DNA of 64,000 bases from Hydrolagus affinis (Eukaryota), in NCBI GenBank assembly GCA_012026655.1, contig JAAILG010000012.1:1-64000 (forward strand), in the 5' to 3' direction. Positions 49,780 through 63,942 of this stretch are shown here, piece by piece. Within the stretch, counting starts at the first letter, position 1. Each line of letters begins with the position of its first letter. The notes below the pieces were generated by a model. That model did not search any database, was not told the DNA's origin, and was given only the letters and a program-made list of their open reading frames with translations. A program made the position numbers and the translations under genes.

Positions 49780-52700
49780 CAATTTAGTGGGTTGTTATTT
49801 TATGCCTTAGGCTTTCGGCTGTTTAATCTAATGATATTGGCCGAAGTTCTCTGTTTGCATAATTATTATTGCAAGGTTTTCATCTGAAGAGGTGACTGAG
49901 GACAGCGATCAAATTATAACCAAGCAACGAACATTGCTGCTGTGTATTATTTGAAACATAATTTAAAATGCTGAAAACTTTAATATTCTAGGACTTTGTG
50001 AGAGACATGATTAGGAATGAGCTGTAGCGTGGAGTTGCGATAGAGAAATGCTTTGCGGCAACACATCATAAAATAGTTGCAGACTGACCCGGGGAGAGTG
50101 TTTGGCAAGTTCGGTGGAATGTTTATACAGAAACACAGTCTGTAGCGTATCATCAGTGAGGCAATATAACCAACAACCAATTTGAGACTGACTTGTTTTT
50201 ATTCATGGGTCTCACAGGGGAAAAAGCTGGCCATGTGTTGAATAACCTCTAGCATTTGAAACTGGAATGAAATTGTTTCATATCAAATCAGTAGATTGAG
50301 GCACTTTGCTGAACAGTGGGTCGTACTCCCTAACTGAGGATCAATGTTACACAATAAGTGGCAAGATTGGGTGGTGAGTTCATATTTAAAATGTCGATGC
50401 CGTGTGAATCTGTTGACTCACAAAGTGTAAATTCAATTCACTGTACATTATATTCTGTGCAGCGCTTTGAGACGTCTCAAAGATATGATAAGGCACTACA
50501 TCAAATGTAAGGATTATTATATATATAATTCATATATATACAATAAGGTATATTGTTTGATAATGTTGTACGTGTCTTCCATTTCCATCCATCACTATAG
50601 TATGGAAGTTTCTGAAGATAGAGGTTCAGGATTTTTATTCTTGTAATGTCATGAAGACGTGACCACCCAAAACTCGATTTACTCAAAAAGGTCCAACAAC
50701 AACAACCAACAACAAAATTACATTTGTTTATTTGTCTTTCACGTCGGGAGGGTGTTTGACAGGAGCCACTTGAGCTATCGTCATGAAAGTGCCACAATAT
50801 CAATTCAAAATTTGGAATTAAGCAGTTGTAAGAAACGATATTTCAAAAATCTGGTGTTTGTATTTAACTTGGTTCTTTATTGTACTTGGGGGTTCTACTC
50901 AGGGACTCAAGATCTTTCTATCAATATCTGCTTGTAATTTACTTTGACGTTAAATGTGGCGTAGCTCCACTTCACCTGGGAGCCTTGACAGATTTTCTGC
51001 TCCATCTGTTGTTGGACCAATTCACAAATATTCTGGCTAAGCCAAGCTCCGCACAGAGTTAGGATTTTCGGTTGTTTCCTCTTCTCTACCTTCCAATGAC
51101 CGGAAAAGTGACCGGATAATAATCCTTGTATTTGAGGACAGGATTGCACACTTGAAGGACAGGACATTAGGAGGAATGGATTTAACGTAAAGTGTAGTGT
51201 AGTAAAGTTATGTGGTCCAATGTGGCAGCCAATGGGTGCACCATAATATCCTGCAAACAGCCATGAATTGAACGACAGAATCTTTCTGATATTATGCAGC
51301 TGGATTGTATTTGTGGAGCATGTCAAATGTTCTATTAAAATGAAAGGGTCCATAGCTTTGATAATGTAAATGATCTTGCACTTTTGGGGGGGAAAAAATT
51401 GCATCTATCGAAAGCTCAGTACATTATTCACTAGTCCTTGAACAAAGTTTTCAACAAAAGACTTAGACAGTTGTCCTTGAATAAACGTTATTGACTACGA
51501 GGTAGTGTTACTGCCAGATCTCTTTCAAAACCTTTGTTTGCTGATTATTTCTTTGTACTGTAAAAAAAAAACCCCAGCAGCTGTCACTTCATTTAGCTTT
51601 CCTGTGGAAGTTCAGATTCTCGTCCTTGCTCGAATTCAGAAATTTAATTGCACAATCCATTCAATGGATGTTCCTGCCAGGAGATATAGTCCTTTATTTT
51701 CCTCCTTGTCCCTATTCCAATTCTTTGCAAGAAAAGAAGTGATAACTCACTAAACTGAGATAGATTGTTGAATGGAACCAGCTTCTTTGGGAGTGCTTGA
51801 ATCATTCTCCAAAGCAATTTTCAGTTCAACATCCTCCTCTTTTTACCTCTTTGGCTGGGCTCTATCTGTTTCAACGACGGTTCTTTTAGTTTGTGGGTTA
51901 GTCGGTGATTTTAAAAATGTATCTTTTATATTGTTTGCTTCTTTCTCTTGCTCAATCAATAATTGAAAGCTGTGCCCTCTGTGAGCCCTGGTATTCAAAA
52001 TATTCAAATTGTTGCTGCAGGATTTGACCTTCTGACTCCAAATAATGAAATTATCTAAATACGCCGCAGATCAGTTATACCACAGCACATCCTTTGCACA
52101 CAGCATGTCCTTGCATTACTGTTTCAATGTAAGTATCGGTTACAAACAATATGAGATCAAGGGCATGGCAACGATGCTTAGTAATTTTTGTCCTTGTGTG
52201 CAATGGATGTTTTTTTTCAAAATTGTTGATTAACTGTTGTAATTGCTTCTATGTAAATCTACGTCACTGAACAAAATTATCAATCATTGATGTGTAAAGG
52301 TATTTTAACAAGTCCAATGACTGGGTCATATTCCATATCCACAAAGAATAATAATAATAATCCTTGCATTTGATATAGCACTTTTCACATTTTATCAACG
52401 TCTCAAAGCGCTTCACAGAATATACTGTAAAGTGAATTGACTGTACATTTGTGGGTGAAAGTATACCACATAGATAAGATAATGTTGTTAAACTCAAGTA
52501 CGCGTAACACTGTACAATTATTTAAAAAAAAGGCAGAAAATAATAAATCTGAAAAGTTCATTCACAAATTTAACACAATTTATTTAATTATTAAAGTCGC
52601 CTGTTGACCTGTGCCGTCTAATCTGTAGTTTGATAATATTAATCTTCTTTCAATTTGATATAGGGTTTGATCATGTTGTTGCAACGTTTCAAAGCACTTC

Positions 52701-54554
52701 ACAAGATTTTACAGCAAAATGTACCCAAGGTGTATTTGTAGGCAAACTAGTCATCGTTTCAGAAATCCTAACACTTTTTGTACTTTTTGTTCATCGAAAA
52801 TACACTGCCTTACATACAATTCAAATTATGTCTCTAGGTGGCACTCATGTTCTATCATGCAGCTTGCGATACCCAGGCAGTCAGCTTTTGATTGTTGTGT
52901 AATTTTATGCTTCAAATTCCATGTTACAGAGAATGTGAGCAAATTAACTCCAATCAATTTTAATTGTATTCAGACCATAATTGAATTGGTCGATTCAGAT
53001 TTTTGAACATATTGAAGGGCAATGGAAGCTGTGGCGAGAGGTTGAAATGAATCGGTTACAAGCTTGGAGTCCCAGTGTGCTTAGACAATTATTTTTCAAA
53101 AATTGGACAAAAACACTTAATCCCCTGCTGGAATTTGGATGCGTGTGGATTTGGGGTGTCGACAGCCTTAACTAACTGTGGTCGAAAAGCCCACTTCATG
53201 TAAATTCTTTTCGGCCACAAGTATACAGTCAATTCACTCCACAGTATATTCTGTAAAGCGCTTTGAGACGTCTAGAAGATGTGAAAAAGCGCTATATCAA
53301 ACGCAAGGATTATTATTATTATTATTATGCTCTTAGATGTACACCAGGAATAATGGTCACTCAGACAGACACGCTACCAGTGTCTTTGGAATTGTACCAC
53401 AGTTAATGGGAGGGGGAGAGGACAAGTGAACAACTCACAGAGCAGGTTTTGCTCTGAAAGAATTCTCTTGTTGGATACAGCAATCGCTTTTGGATGATAA
53501 ATGGGTCCATCCACAATCGAGACTGAAAATTTCCAGATAGTCTGTTTTTATTTTGGCATTTTGACCATGTCTGATACCATTCCCTTCATCAACAACAACA
53601 ACAATAAAATTACATTTGCATAGCGCCTTTCACGTCAGGAGGTCATCCCACTTTAAAAGGCAAGTGAATCTAGAGGAGTCTGTCCCTCCAAATTAGTCAT
53701 TTTATTTTATTTTTCGAGTCCTTTTTTTTATTTGAATGATTTTATCTTCAGGATTTTTTTTTTTTCTTTGTTATCCGATTGGGCAAACGTATTGTCAGAC
53801 TGCTGGCTATTTAGATTGGGATTCTCAAAATCAAATCTTCTGTTGCACAACTCTTTGATCTGAATCATTGAATTAAACCAGCTACCTTTTGTATAAAAGG
53901 AATTTCAGTCAAAGACCAGTGTGGCATCTGAAACTCATGATATTAAAATGAGACCAAAGTAACTTTTGTGTTAACCCCTTTTTTTGCCCAGAAAATAGTT
54001 AATTCACTTTACGGTATATTCTGTAAAGCACTCCTGAAACAGTGATAAGGTACAATATCAACTGCAATGATTATTATTAATATTATTATTATTACCCTGC
54101 TTAAATCTATGACCTCAATACAGTTAACATATAAAGAAATACAGGACCATTACTTTAAAACTTAAATATCGCAATAGCATTTTTTCCTGGTTTGTAGCAA
54201 TGTTGGCATTCTTTCTAAGGGCAATTGGAGGAAAATGATAGCCATATTTTGCTGACAATTTAATAACATAGCTTTAAAATTTCAGTCTTGGAGAAGGGAG
54301 CATTTCACAGCCTTATTAGAATTTGATGCTATAGTGAGATTTATATTTGATGTGGAGGTGGGTGCTGATGAGTTGGCATTGAGTGGGAGATTTACTTTCC
54401 CCCTGTCATTGCATTGAAAGAACCTAAGCCTTTCATCTCTTTTTCTTGTTTCATGTGAATGAAACTAAGCAAGAGGTTAGCTGTTGAGTCTTTAATATAC
54501 AGTGAAATATCCATTTGCCTGCTTGCATTGTTGGATCAGAGATCAGATTGTAAT

Positions 54555-54849
54555 AAATAATAATAATCCTTGCACTTCATTTAGAGCTTTTTCACATCTT
54601 CTAGACGTCTCATAGCGCTTCACAGAATATACTGTAAAGTGAACTGACTCTAAATTTGTGGGCAAAACGTGGCAGCCAATTGTGCACAGCAGTGTCCCAC
54701 AAACAGTCGTGGATTAAAATGACCCATTTAATTTTTTTTTTTTGGGGAGGGATTATTATCTGGCGTGTGGAGTAAGGAAACCTGCCCAAGGTTTCGTCCT
54801 GCCTGGAGTCGAACTCAGGTCTCTAGCTTGTAAGGCTACAGGGCTCCAC
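54555..54849 (-). mobile_element. SINE
   Basis: Matches the family consensus, with a deletion in the head. Confidence 0.88.
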
Positions 54850-55164
54850 AAGAATGTACCATTCATTGTCTGTAAGTTGTTGTCACGATATCTATCCCTT
54901 ATTATCAATCTGCTAATTTACCATATTGGATATTTACATTGATTTTTTCTCATTGCATATCTTGAGCTAACAAGTATTGTATATGGCATATAATTCCAAA
55001 TTTCATGGATTTATTGATTCACAGCTGAACGCAGTAAGAATTACCTTACTGAAGAATGGAATTTGAGCATTTCTGACCCAGTATTTTTGCAGTCATTCCA
55101 AATGTGTTTCAAATGTAAAGGAACATATTTTATAAAGCACTGGCTATAATATTCATTAAGTGCA

Positions 55165-55485
55165 ATCTTGTAGCTCGTTGTTTAGAGCACTCGCCTTACA
55201 AGCGTGAGACCTGTGTTTGAATCCAGGCAGGTCAGGGCGAAAGCTTGGACAAGTTTCCTTACTCCACACACACGCCTAATAATAATCCCTCCCAAAAAAA
55301 CACAATAAGAAAATTGGTAATTTCAATCCACGACTGGTTGTGCGGGCACTGCTGTGCGCGATTGGCTGCTATGTTTCACCCACAAATATACAGTCAATTC
55401 ATTTTCCAGTATATTCTGTGAAGCACTTTGAGACATCTAGAAGACGTGAAAAGAACTATATTAAATGCAAGGATTATTATTATTA
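55165..55485 (+). mobile_element. Full-length SINE
   Basis: Matches the family consensus. Confidence 0.9.
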
Positions 55486-56339
55486 GCAATGTGCCTCACT
55501 CTTGGTTCTAACAGCAGTGCATTTCTAGCTCTTCTCAATATAAACATTAACACTGGTGCTTTGAAGGCTTTAGCAAGAGTGCTTTGAGGTACTACCATTT
55601 ATACTGCTGGAACCAATGCAATATTGCTTTCAGTTTGAGATCAATGCAAGTGGCAGACTGAATCTGAACCGTCTCCTCATAGAAACCTCTTTGAATTCAC
55701 TTCAGAGCTGAGTCTGGGCAGAGCAGATTCTGTGGCATGTTGATCTAAGCATGTAGGTGAAGTGTACTATTATGTGGACTTTCCACGTTGCGTTATCCTG
55801 CTTAATCTGTTCTAGCAGATTGTGGAAACATTTGCTCAGTAAGGATTCTACTGTTTTCCCTCATCATATATACACACACAGCAACTGAAGGAACACTCTA
55901 AAAAAAAAATCTCTTTCATTTTGAATATGATGAAAGTAATCCCTTCCACTAAAAAAGGGGGAAAAGCCAACAATATCTCAGTCATAACTTTGAGCTACTT
56001 CTGCACCTTTCAACCCCCTTTCCTTGTGCATTGCCGCTATTTCGCTTGGGACGTCCTCTCGACTTAAAGGCCGCTATAACAAATGTAATTTTGTTCTTCT
56101 TGTCGCTATTTCCCTGTTGCTAGAACTTTATAATAAATAAAATTCCAAATCTGTCAGTGTCCCATTTCTTGGTTGATGATGCCAAACAGCACTATGGCTG
56201 GTCATAGTGTAACATGAGTTTATAAGAAAATGTACTGCTTGTTATTGTTAAGGAAGTATCCCCTGTGCAGTCAACCAAAGCCTTTGATTTGAGAATTAGT
56301 TTTTTTTAAATTGAGAATAGTAACAACAATAACAACAAG

Positions 56340-56505
56340 AATAATCCCTGCATTTAATGTAGCACTTTTCATGTCTTCTAGACGTCTCAAAGCGCTTCAC
56401 AGAATATACTGTAAAGTGAATTGACTGTATGTTTTGTGGGCAAAACGCGGCAGCCAATTGTGCACAGCAGCGTCCCACAAACAGTCGAGGACTGAAATGA
56501 CCAAT
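56340..56505 (-). mobile_element. SINE 3' half
   Basis: Tail through to GAAATGACCAAT. Confidence 0.85.
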
Positions 56506-57164
56506 GTATTCCTGCTAAATTAGCTGCTAAATGGATTGAAGTCCTATCGACTTGTACTATTACTTACCGGAATGATTTTAACTATCAATAATTAAAACAG
56601 ATTTCAATGCTTACTTGTATTAGACACATTATTGAATACAAATCTGATCCTGTGCAATCATTGAAACAGCTTTCATTTAGAAAAATGCTTTACACCTTTG
56701 AAGGACTTCTGCTTTGAATTTACCTGCTTAATTCCTCGGACAGCACCGCCTCCCTCCCTCCCCCCACCCCCACCCCCGTCCCCAAAACGTCCTGTTACTC
56801 AATCCCTGTTATTCAATTATTGATCAATAATCCTAAAGCCTTCAGAGGACAGTAAAGATAACCTAGAACAAAAAAAGTTACAGTGAGTTGAAGTAGCTTG
56901 TAACATTAATTGGCACTTTGTCACGCTTCCAAGTGCGATAGTAGGGTTCGATGGGCAGATAGTGTTGCAAATTTTCGGAGATTGAGAAAAGCTTTTAGGT
57001 AACCGATGAAGGAACTGTGTCCGGGCTGCTTTGAGAGTATGAGGGTTGTGTTGGTAATTTTAATCTGTATACAATCAACCAAGCCAACTGTGTACCACTC
57101 ATTTGGTACAATACATCATTTCACTGAAGGATTGACAAAAAAAAATCAATTTTTAACACAATTG

Positions 57165-57290
57165 ACTATAGGTAACAGAAGGTAGCCAAAAGAAGAGAGA
57201 GGTCTTGAGATGGGAGGAAGGAGGTAAGACAGAGGGACGGATGCAGTTCCAAGAATAGGATGGCACAATGGGTCGTGAAGCAGTATTTTC
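57165..57290 (-). mobile_element. Highly degraded L2 ORF2 end
   Basis: Translation SYSWNCIRPS...SHLKTSLF resembles L2 LWNSLP...LKTFLF. Confidence 0.45.
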
Positions 57291-59519
57291 AGAAACTCTA
57301 TTCTGCGAAGAGTTGTTGGTACAGATTAAATGTTGGGGGTAATTTATAATTGTGGGTTGGTGAAGCATAGCTGGAAATAAGGCATTGGATCAGTCTTCGG
57401 AAAAAAATGAATTCATCAGTTCAATTTTCTCTATCAAATCAGCCCCAATGCCAATGTCAATTCTGGTAAGATCCATCAGATGAAACATCATTTATATCTG
57501 CCAACATCTCTTAATATTTTCTGAGTAGCTAAAAGACCAGTAACCCAAAGCAAAGCAGGTCTGGCAATGCAAAATTATCCAATATCATTTCAGGAGGAAG
57601 ATAAGGAGAGTCAGTCATCATGAATATAATACTAATCAATCTATATGTCAACAACCAGGTTTTTAGTCAATATTTGACATTCTTTAGCACAGCAGATTCT
57701 ATTATCTGGATCACATCTGTCATGTGAACAACACCTGCCTCGCCAAGAAAGTGCTATTTATATCCATGCAGTAAATTAAACTTCAAAACAGATTGTGACT
57801 AATATGGAGGGAATTCATTAAATGTAATCTACAAAAGAGAGGAATAGGAAGGCACAACAGATAGGATACTCTGTGGATCACACATCTCCTTCCAGCTGGA
57901 CAATGCTGAGTGCCTAGTGAGCATATATTAGTAACCCTAATGTAAATTGGCACATGGATTCCAGAATCAAGCGTTTAATTTTTTTGGGGGGCCCCAAATA
58001 TTTGAGAAAATGCTCGAGGAGATGGAATAATAAACAAATACTTTAGGACTTGTAACTTCCAATTGCAGTTCCTCAACATTGACATTGTTTATGTGTCAAC
58101 TAACATTATGTCGAGTGAAGTGATCCAGCTACTAAAAATTATGAGGCCAGCATATTTATTGGCTAGTATTTGGTATTTCAGATTATTATTATCTGTACAT
58201 TTAACAAATTAGGAAGTCAGGATTCTCAGAAAGGATAAGAAAGTGGTCATTTAACCATTTGTGCCTTTAGAAACTTGCTAAACTTATAACGTAATTTTTA
58301 ATGCAAAAGATTCTATTTTCCCAAATGACTCTGTATTATCTGCCATGGCACCACCATTAGTGGGTATAATTGATGGTAAAATTAAACTTGTTGTTCAGAA
58401 GTCAATTCCGTGCAGTTTAAATTACAAGTCATTTCACTTTGGATTGCCTTTGTGGAATTGATTCAATGAGCAACATTCAAATAATAGGTCATTTCAGGAA
58501 AGTACACGGAAAAAGCAGCTTTATCTTTCTAACCAGAATTTTCCTTTAACATGTGGTTGCCGCTGCAGTGCCCAAAGGATATGAGATATTGTTGTTCCCA
58601 GACAATATGTGAGATATTGAAGAATGAGAGGGAGTGATGCACATTTGCCTGAACTGCGAGAGTAATGGAACATCTACAGAAATGTCAGCAGATGCACAGA
58701 AATGCTTGCAGTGGCTTTATTGTTGCTTATTGTAGATGACATTCTATATCTTATGGCTATTCAGCCAGCTTCAGCATCCAAACCAGTTAACAATTCCCAA
58801 CGAGCCTGCTGAACGGAGACTCCAAAATAGTTTCATTCAAATGGAATAAATATAGATATATCCAATTACCGAAGCAAACGGTGTGTTAGTCATGCAGTGA
58901 AGAGAACTTGCTTAAAACAGAACAAAACTGTGGCTTCAAAACTGAATCAAATAGGGTTCTCAATCAGGAATCATTTGAATGTCTTCTTGCAATTAATCCA
59001 CCATGTAGACAGAGGCTTTATCTGCACAGCCCTGACACCAAGACAGTTACTCACCTACTTGGAACAGTGTGGATGTTGCTTTTTGACAAGGGAAGCAATT
59101 TTCTTTAAACTGAGAAGATTTATATGGTAACACATTACCAGCAAATCAACATTATAACACTTCTAACTTCAAACTGATGGTTTAGGTGAGGGATGCATTC
59201 ATATTTGAAACATCACAATATGTACTCCGTTATTGTCGAAAGTGAGATAGATGCGTTTTTTTGTTCATTTCCGTGGCATTTCTTGTGCTTTATTTGCATA
59301 TAAATCACCTTGGGACATCCTCTTGACGTGAAAGGCCCTCTCTAAATGTAACTATGTTATTCTTGTTGATATTGGGAATAGGAATCGCGTATGACTTCTT
59401 GAACTAGCTGCGAACCGGTCTAAAGAGAAAGCGAAAATGTTAGAATTCAGTATGGAGACAATGAAATTCCTCGCTGCCGGAAGACCCAATTGGTTCAGAT
59501 TCATCCCATCGACTATAGG

Positions 59520-59662
59520 CTTCTAAAAAATTTCTCCTTCAAATCCCGTCTGAAGACCTTCCTTTTCGATCGTGCTTACAGTCACATCCCAGTGCCTCTC
59601 CCCCTGGCTCAGCATCAGACTCCAGGTGCTACATCAATGCAAGTTATTGTTCTTGTTGTTGC
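59520..59662 (+). mobile_element. L2 3' end fragment
   Basis: FSFKSRLKTFLFDRAYSH, then AGGTGCTACATCAATGCAAGTTATTGTTCTTGTTGTTG. Confidence 0.75.
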
Positions 59663-60207
59663 TGGATGGATTCAGTTGTATATCTTTGGCAACAACACTG
59701 CAATATATTGAATAATACTACTGTATGACACCATATTGAAGCACTTCACAGGATTATACAGTTTGCAAATTGGCTGTCTCATTTATCTACAAAATACACA
59801 ATCACTATAATTTATGGTAAAACCTGTGAATGTGTTTTGGGACATTCAACGATATGATACTGCACTATATTAAATACTATTATTATTGTCAGTAGCAGTT
59901 GCAGTAGTGGTATTATAATATCCTAGTGCAGTTTGCAGTGATGGAAAAAAATTTTTTTCACACTGCGCAAAACGTAGATTAATTTCAAAAGACAGACTGA
60001 ATCACAAATTATGTCACAATGAAATCAAATGAATAAACCAGGCAACGATATGTTGTTTGATTGTATTCCATGAAGCATCGCTAAATGCACAAGTTTTGAT
60101 ATCACTGCCGGAGGCTGGTTGCGTGTGGTAAACAGTGCATTTCCTGGTATCATGAATGTGCCGGTGGCAGAGCTGTAACAACAATGATCAGAACTGAAAC
60201 AATGATC

Positions 60208-60375
60208 ATAATGCATTTGATAGAGCGTCTGATCACGTCTTCAAGGCGTCTAAAAGCGCTTCGCAGAGTATACTGCGAAGGTATACTGTAAGGTGAATTG
60301 ACGGCATATTCTGTGGGCGAAACGCGGCAGCCAATTGCGCATGGCAGTGTCCCCACAAACAGTCGTGGATTGAGT
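60208..60375 (-). mobile_element. SINE 3' half
   Basis: Tail plus Deu-like core. Confidence 0.85.
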
Positions 60376-60472
60376 GAACTTTCTATTTAAGGGACGATTA
60401 ACCCGGGAAAGCAATCACAAGTGCAAACTGCCCGTTGTAATCACAAACAACCACTGATCTGAGAAAAAGCAT

Positions 60473-60473
<1 letters not shown>

Positions 60474-60508
<35 letters not shown>

Positions 60509-60514
60509 AGAGAC
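60474..60514. repeat. (CA)n(GA)n microsatellite
   Basis: Direct reading. Confidence 0.95.
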
Positions 60515-61231
60515 AGATCCTGACTGTGAAAGCTCTCTTGTTGATCATAAGTTAAGGTTATTATCTAAAAGAATAAGTGGTTCTGGCAAACACGCATTAG
60601 GAAAGCGTTGGCTCTACATTTGTGGTGCTCTTGATTGCGACGCTCACATTTTCTTTCCGCTTTTAAATTAACAAGGCGGACTTCTGACAGGAGGAAATGT
60701 GTTTATCATAAATCTGGGAGAGCAATCAATACGCCTGAAACACACATTATTTTCCAGCTTTGGTGAGGCTGCTGAAACAACAGCAGCTCAACATATTGAT
60801 CGCAATATCTGCAAAGCTTGACACCTTTAGGGAAATGATTGACTTGGACGGGTGTTTGTGATGGAGTGTCGGCATGTTTATCTGGTTTTATTGCCTGGAA
60901 TTCTGCTCGTTCTATTTTCGAACCCCGATGACCATTTATCATTTGGCATTGTGGGCTGACTGAGCGTGGAGGGATTGTCAATGCTGCCGACAGCTCCAGC
61001 AGCGTGCCAAAGACATACTTTCATATGTTCCTTGATCTCTTAGATGATCAGCAGGTATGCCTGGTCACCTAGTGAGTCGAGGCATTTTTTCTGATGTGCA
61101 ATCACAATCCTAAAATGATGGCTGGTCCTAATGGGCACCCCCACCCCACCACATACACTTTGCTGTAATCGCTCTTGGTTGATAATTAATAGCAATGAGC
61201 TGTGGCTTGCACACACCCAGGTAGGATTCAT

Positions 61232-61782
61232 ATAATAATAATAATCCTTGCATTTTGATATCGTGCTTTTTACGTCTTCTAGACATCTCAAAGCGCTTCA
61301 CAGAATATACTGGAAAGTGAATTGACTATATTTGTGGGGGAAACACGGCACCAATTTTCATCATAGAAGGGTGAGACCTGTGTTTGAATCCAGGCAGGTC
61401 AGGGCAAAACCTTGGGCAAGTTTCCTTACTCCACACGCCATAATAATAATCCCTCCAACAAAAAAAACACACAATAAAATTGGTTATTTCAATCCATGAC
61501 TGTTTGTGAGGACGCTGCTGTGCGCAATTGGCTGCCGTATTTCCCTCACAAATATACAGTCAATTCACTTTCCAGTATATTCTGTGAAGCGCTTTGAGAC
61601 ATCTAGAAGACGTGAAAAAGCGCTATATCAAAAGTGCAAGGATTATTATGATTATCATTATTTTGTTTTGCCCACAAATATACAGCGAATTCACTTTACG
61701 GTGTATTCTGTGAAGCCCTTTGAGCGGTCTAGAAAATATGATAAGGCGCTGTATCAAAAATGACAAGTATTATTATTATTTT
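61232..61782. mobile_element. SINE cluster: minus tail (~61232-61355), plus 5'-truncated copy (~61370-61660), plus tail (~61663-61782)
   Basis: Three consecutive family matches. Confidence 0.85.
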
Positions 61783-63516
61783 TCTCAAGTCTCATGTTTC
61801 TTGTGCTGCTGTAACATAGGTTTCAGACACTTGAGATTATTGATCTTTGTTAAATTTGCCTGTTCAGGCTTCATATGTAGGTGTCCTCCATGGCTTGTAT
61901 TGCCCTGGGATATTACACAGTCAATTAATTCAAGCAAGTTACCACTCCTTGCACACATTGTATGGCATGTGAATTATGTCTTCGTCCATTGTCTTTCAAA
62001 CACTGAGACTGCAAGAATGGAATAATGAATCATAAGTGTGGTAATCTCTGATTGTCGGTAAACTTACTGACCTCGTCAAAAACAGCTGAACCTTGGCAAT
62101 CCAAGGAAAGAAAACTTTTTGCACGAATCATCTTATTTGTTGGAACTTCACTCGTTTTGCTCATATCCATTTCCTGGATGTTCTGGATAGAGATTCCGAT
62201 GCCATCCAGCCAAGATGGTTATTGTTGAGCTAAATCTTTCATAGTTGTTTTAATGGGAGCTGTTGCAGTGACAGCCGTCTGAAGCGCAGCAAACTTGTCG
62301 ATCATGTTGGCAGCTGGAAGGAAGTTCTGTGCCTGCCTGATTCATCACTTGTCTTAGTTGCCTGTCAGTTCTTAATACCGGTGCTGCAAGTGGGACTGTA
62401 CTTCTTTCTGATCCTGCTTATGCTCCTGGAGGTATTGTGTTGTAATCTCCCAGAACAGATGGAGTTTATGCTCAACTGAAGCATCTTTGCCTGATAGAGC
62501 TCCCAGTAGATAGGTACATGATGGATGGCATGCTGCGAAAACACAGAATAGCATAAGTTAGTAACCTACACCAATTTATCAGCACCACTAGTAGGTCATT
62601 TACTTAGACAGAAAGGAGTAACCCAAAAATAAGCAACGACACTGGTCTCAACAAGCATCTTGATTTGCATTTTCGATGTTACGTTATGATGGAATTGCCA
62701 TTGCAGGATCTGTGTTGGGTGGTCCGATCTCAAGATGGAGATGGTAGTCATCTTGAGTGCTCAAGTTCAAATTGTGTCACACTCCCATTTTTCAGGACAA
62801 TGTAGTTAACATCACCTAAAGCATCTTAATAATACTAAGAATCTTTGTGTTTGATGTAGCGCTTTTCCTTTCTTCTAGACGTCTCAAAGCACTTCACAGA
62901 AAATACTGTAAAGTGAATTGACTGTATCTTTGTGGGCAAAATGGGTTAAGAGTTATGACCGCTCAACGCCAAATCTACCTTTGCATTTACGAATCTCTGT
63001 TTGGCAATTTAAGAATATCTTTTAGCTGACGTGACTAAAATGTGCCCTATCATTTTGGGGCATTGCACAAATGTACACTGTACAGTACATTAATTGGCTG
63101 TGTGTTTCATTAAAAAAAATTAAATACTTGGCTGACTTTTAATTTCTGTTATAAGATTGCACAGCTTTGTGATATTCTGTGCAGAGCACATTTTTGAAAT
63201 ACAAAGGTTAATACACTGTGTGGTTTTGATTTGCTAAAATCACAAGTATGAAATTTCATGCATTCTAATCACAAAACCACCAGGACTGGTTTATATCTTC
63301 CCAACTTATATTGACCAAGAAAATTGGATGTTCGATGGCTGCATGGTTGGCAAAGCACACATAGAATTCACAAATAACATCCGTCAGTGATGTATTAGGT
63401 GGCAGGAGGCATGTAAGGTGGAGAGGAAGCATATCCTTGACCATCTATCTGAGCTCATAGTGTATCATGTCATTGCTTGTTAATCACAGATTGGAAGAGT
63501 CATTGTTTGTTGGATA

Positions 63517-63942
63517 TAATAATAATCCTTGCAGTTAATATAGCGCCTTCTCGCGTTTTGGAAAAATCTCAAACGCCCCACAGAATGTACTATAAAGTAA
63601 ATGGACTGTATGTTCTAAATATAATAATCCTTGTATTTGATATAGTGCTTTTCACATCTTATCTACCATCTCAAAGCGCTTCACAGAATATACTGTAAAA
63701 TGAATTGACAGTATATTTGTGGGTGAAGTGTGGCACAGCAGCATCCCACAAACAGTCGTGGATTGAAATGACCAATTTTTATATTATTGTGTTTATTATT
63801 GTGTTTATCATTGTGATTATTATTAGGCGTGTGTGTGGAGTAAGGAAACTTGTGCAAGGTTTCGCCCTGATCTGCCTGGATTCGAACACAGGTCTCACAC
63901 TTGTAAGGCGGGTGCTCTAACCACTGAGCTGCAGGAGCTCCG
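63517..63942 (-). mobile_element. SINE tail fragment (~63517-63612) plus a full-length SINE (~63620-63942)
   Basis: Matches the family consensus. Confidence 0.88.
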
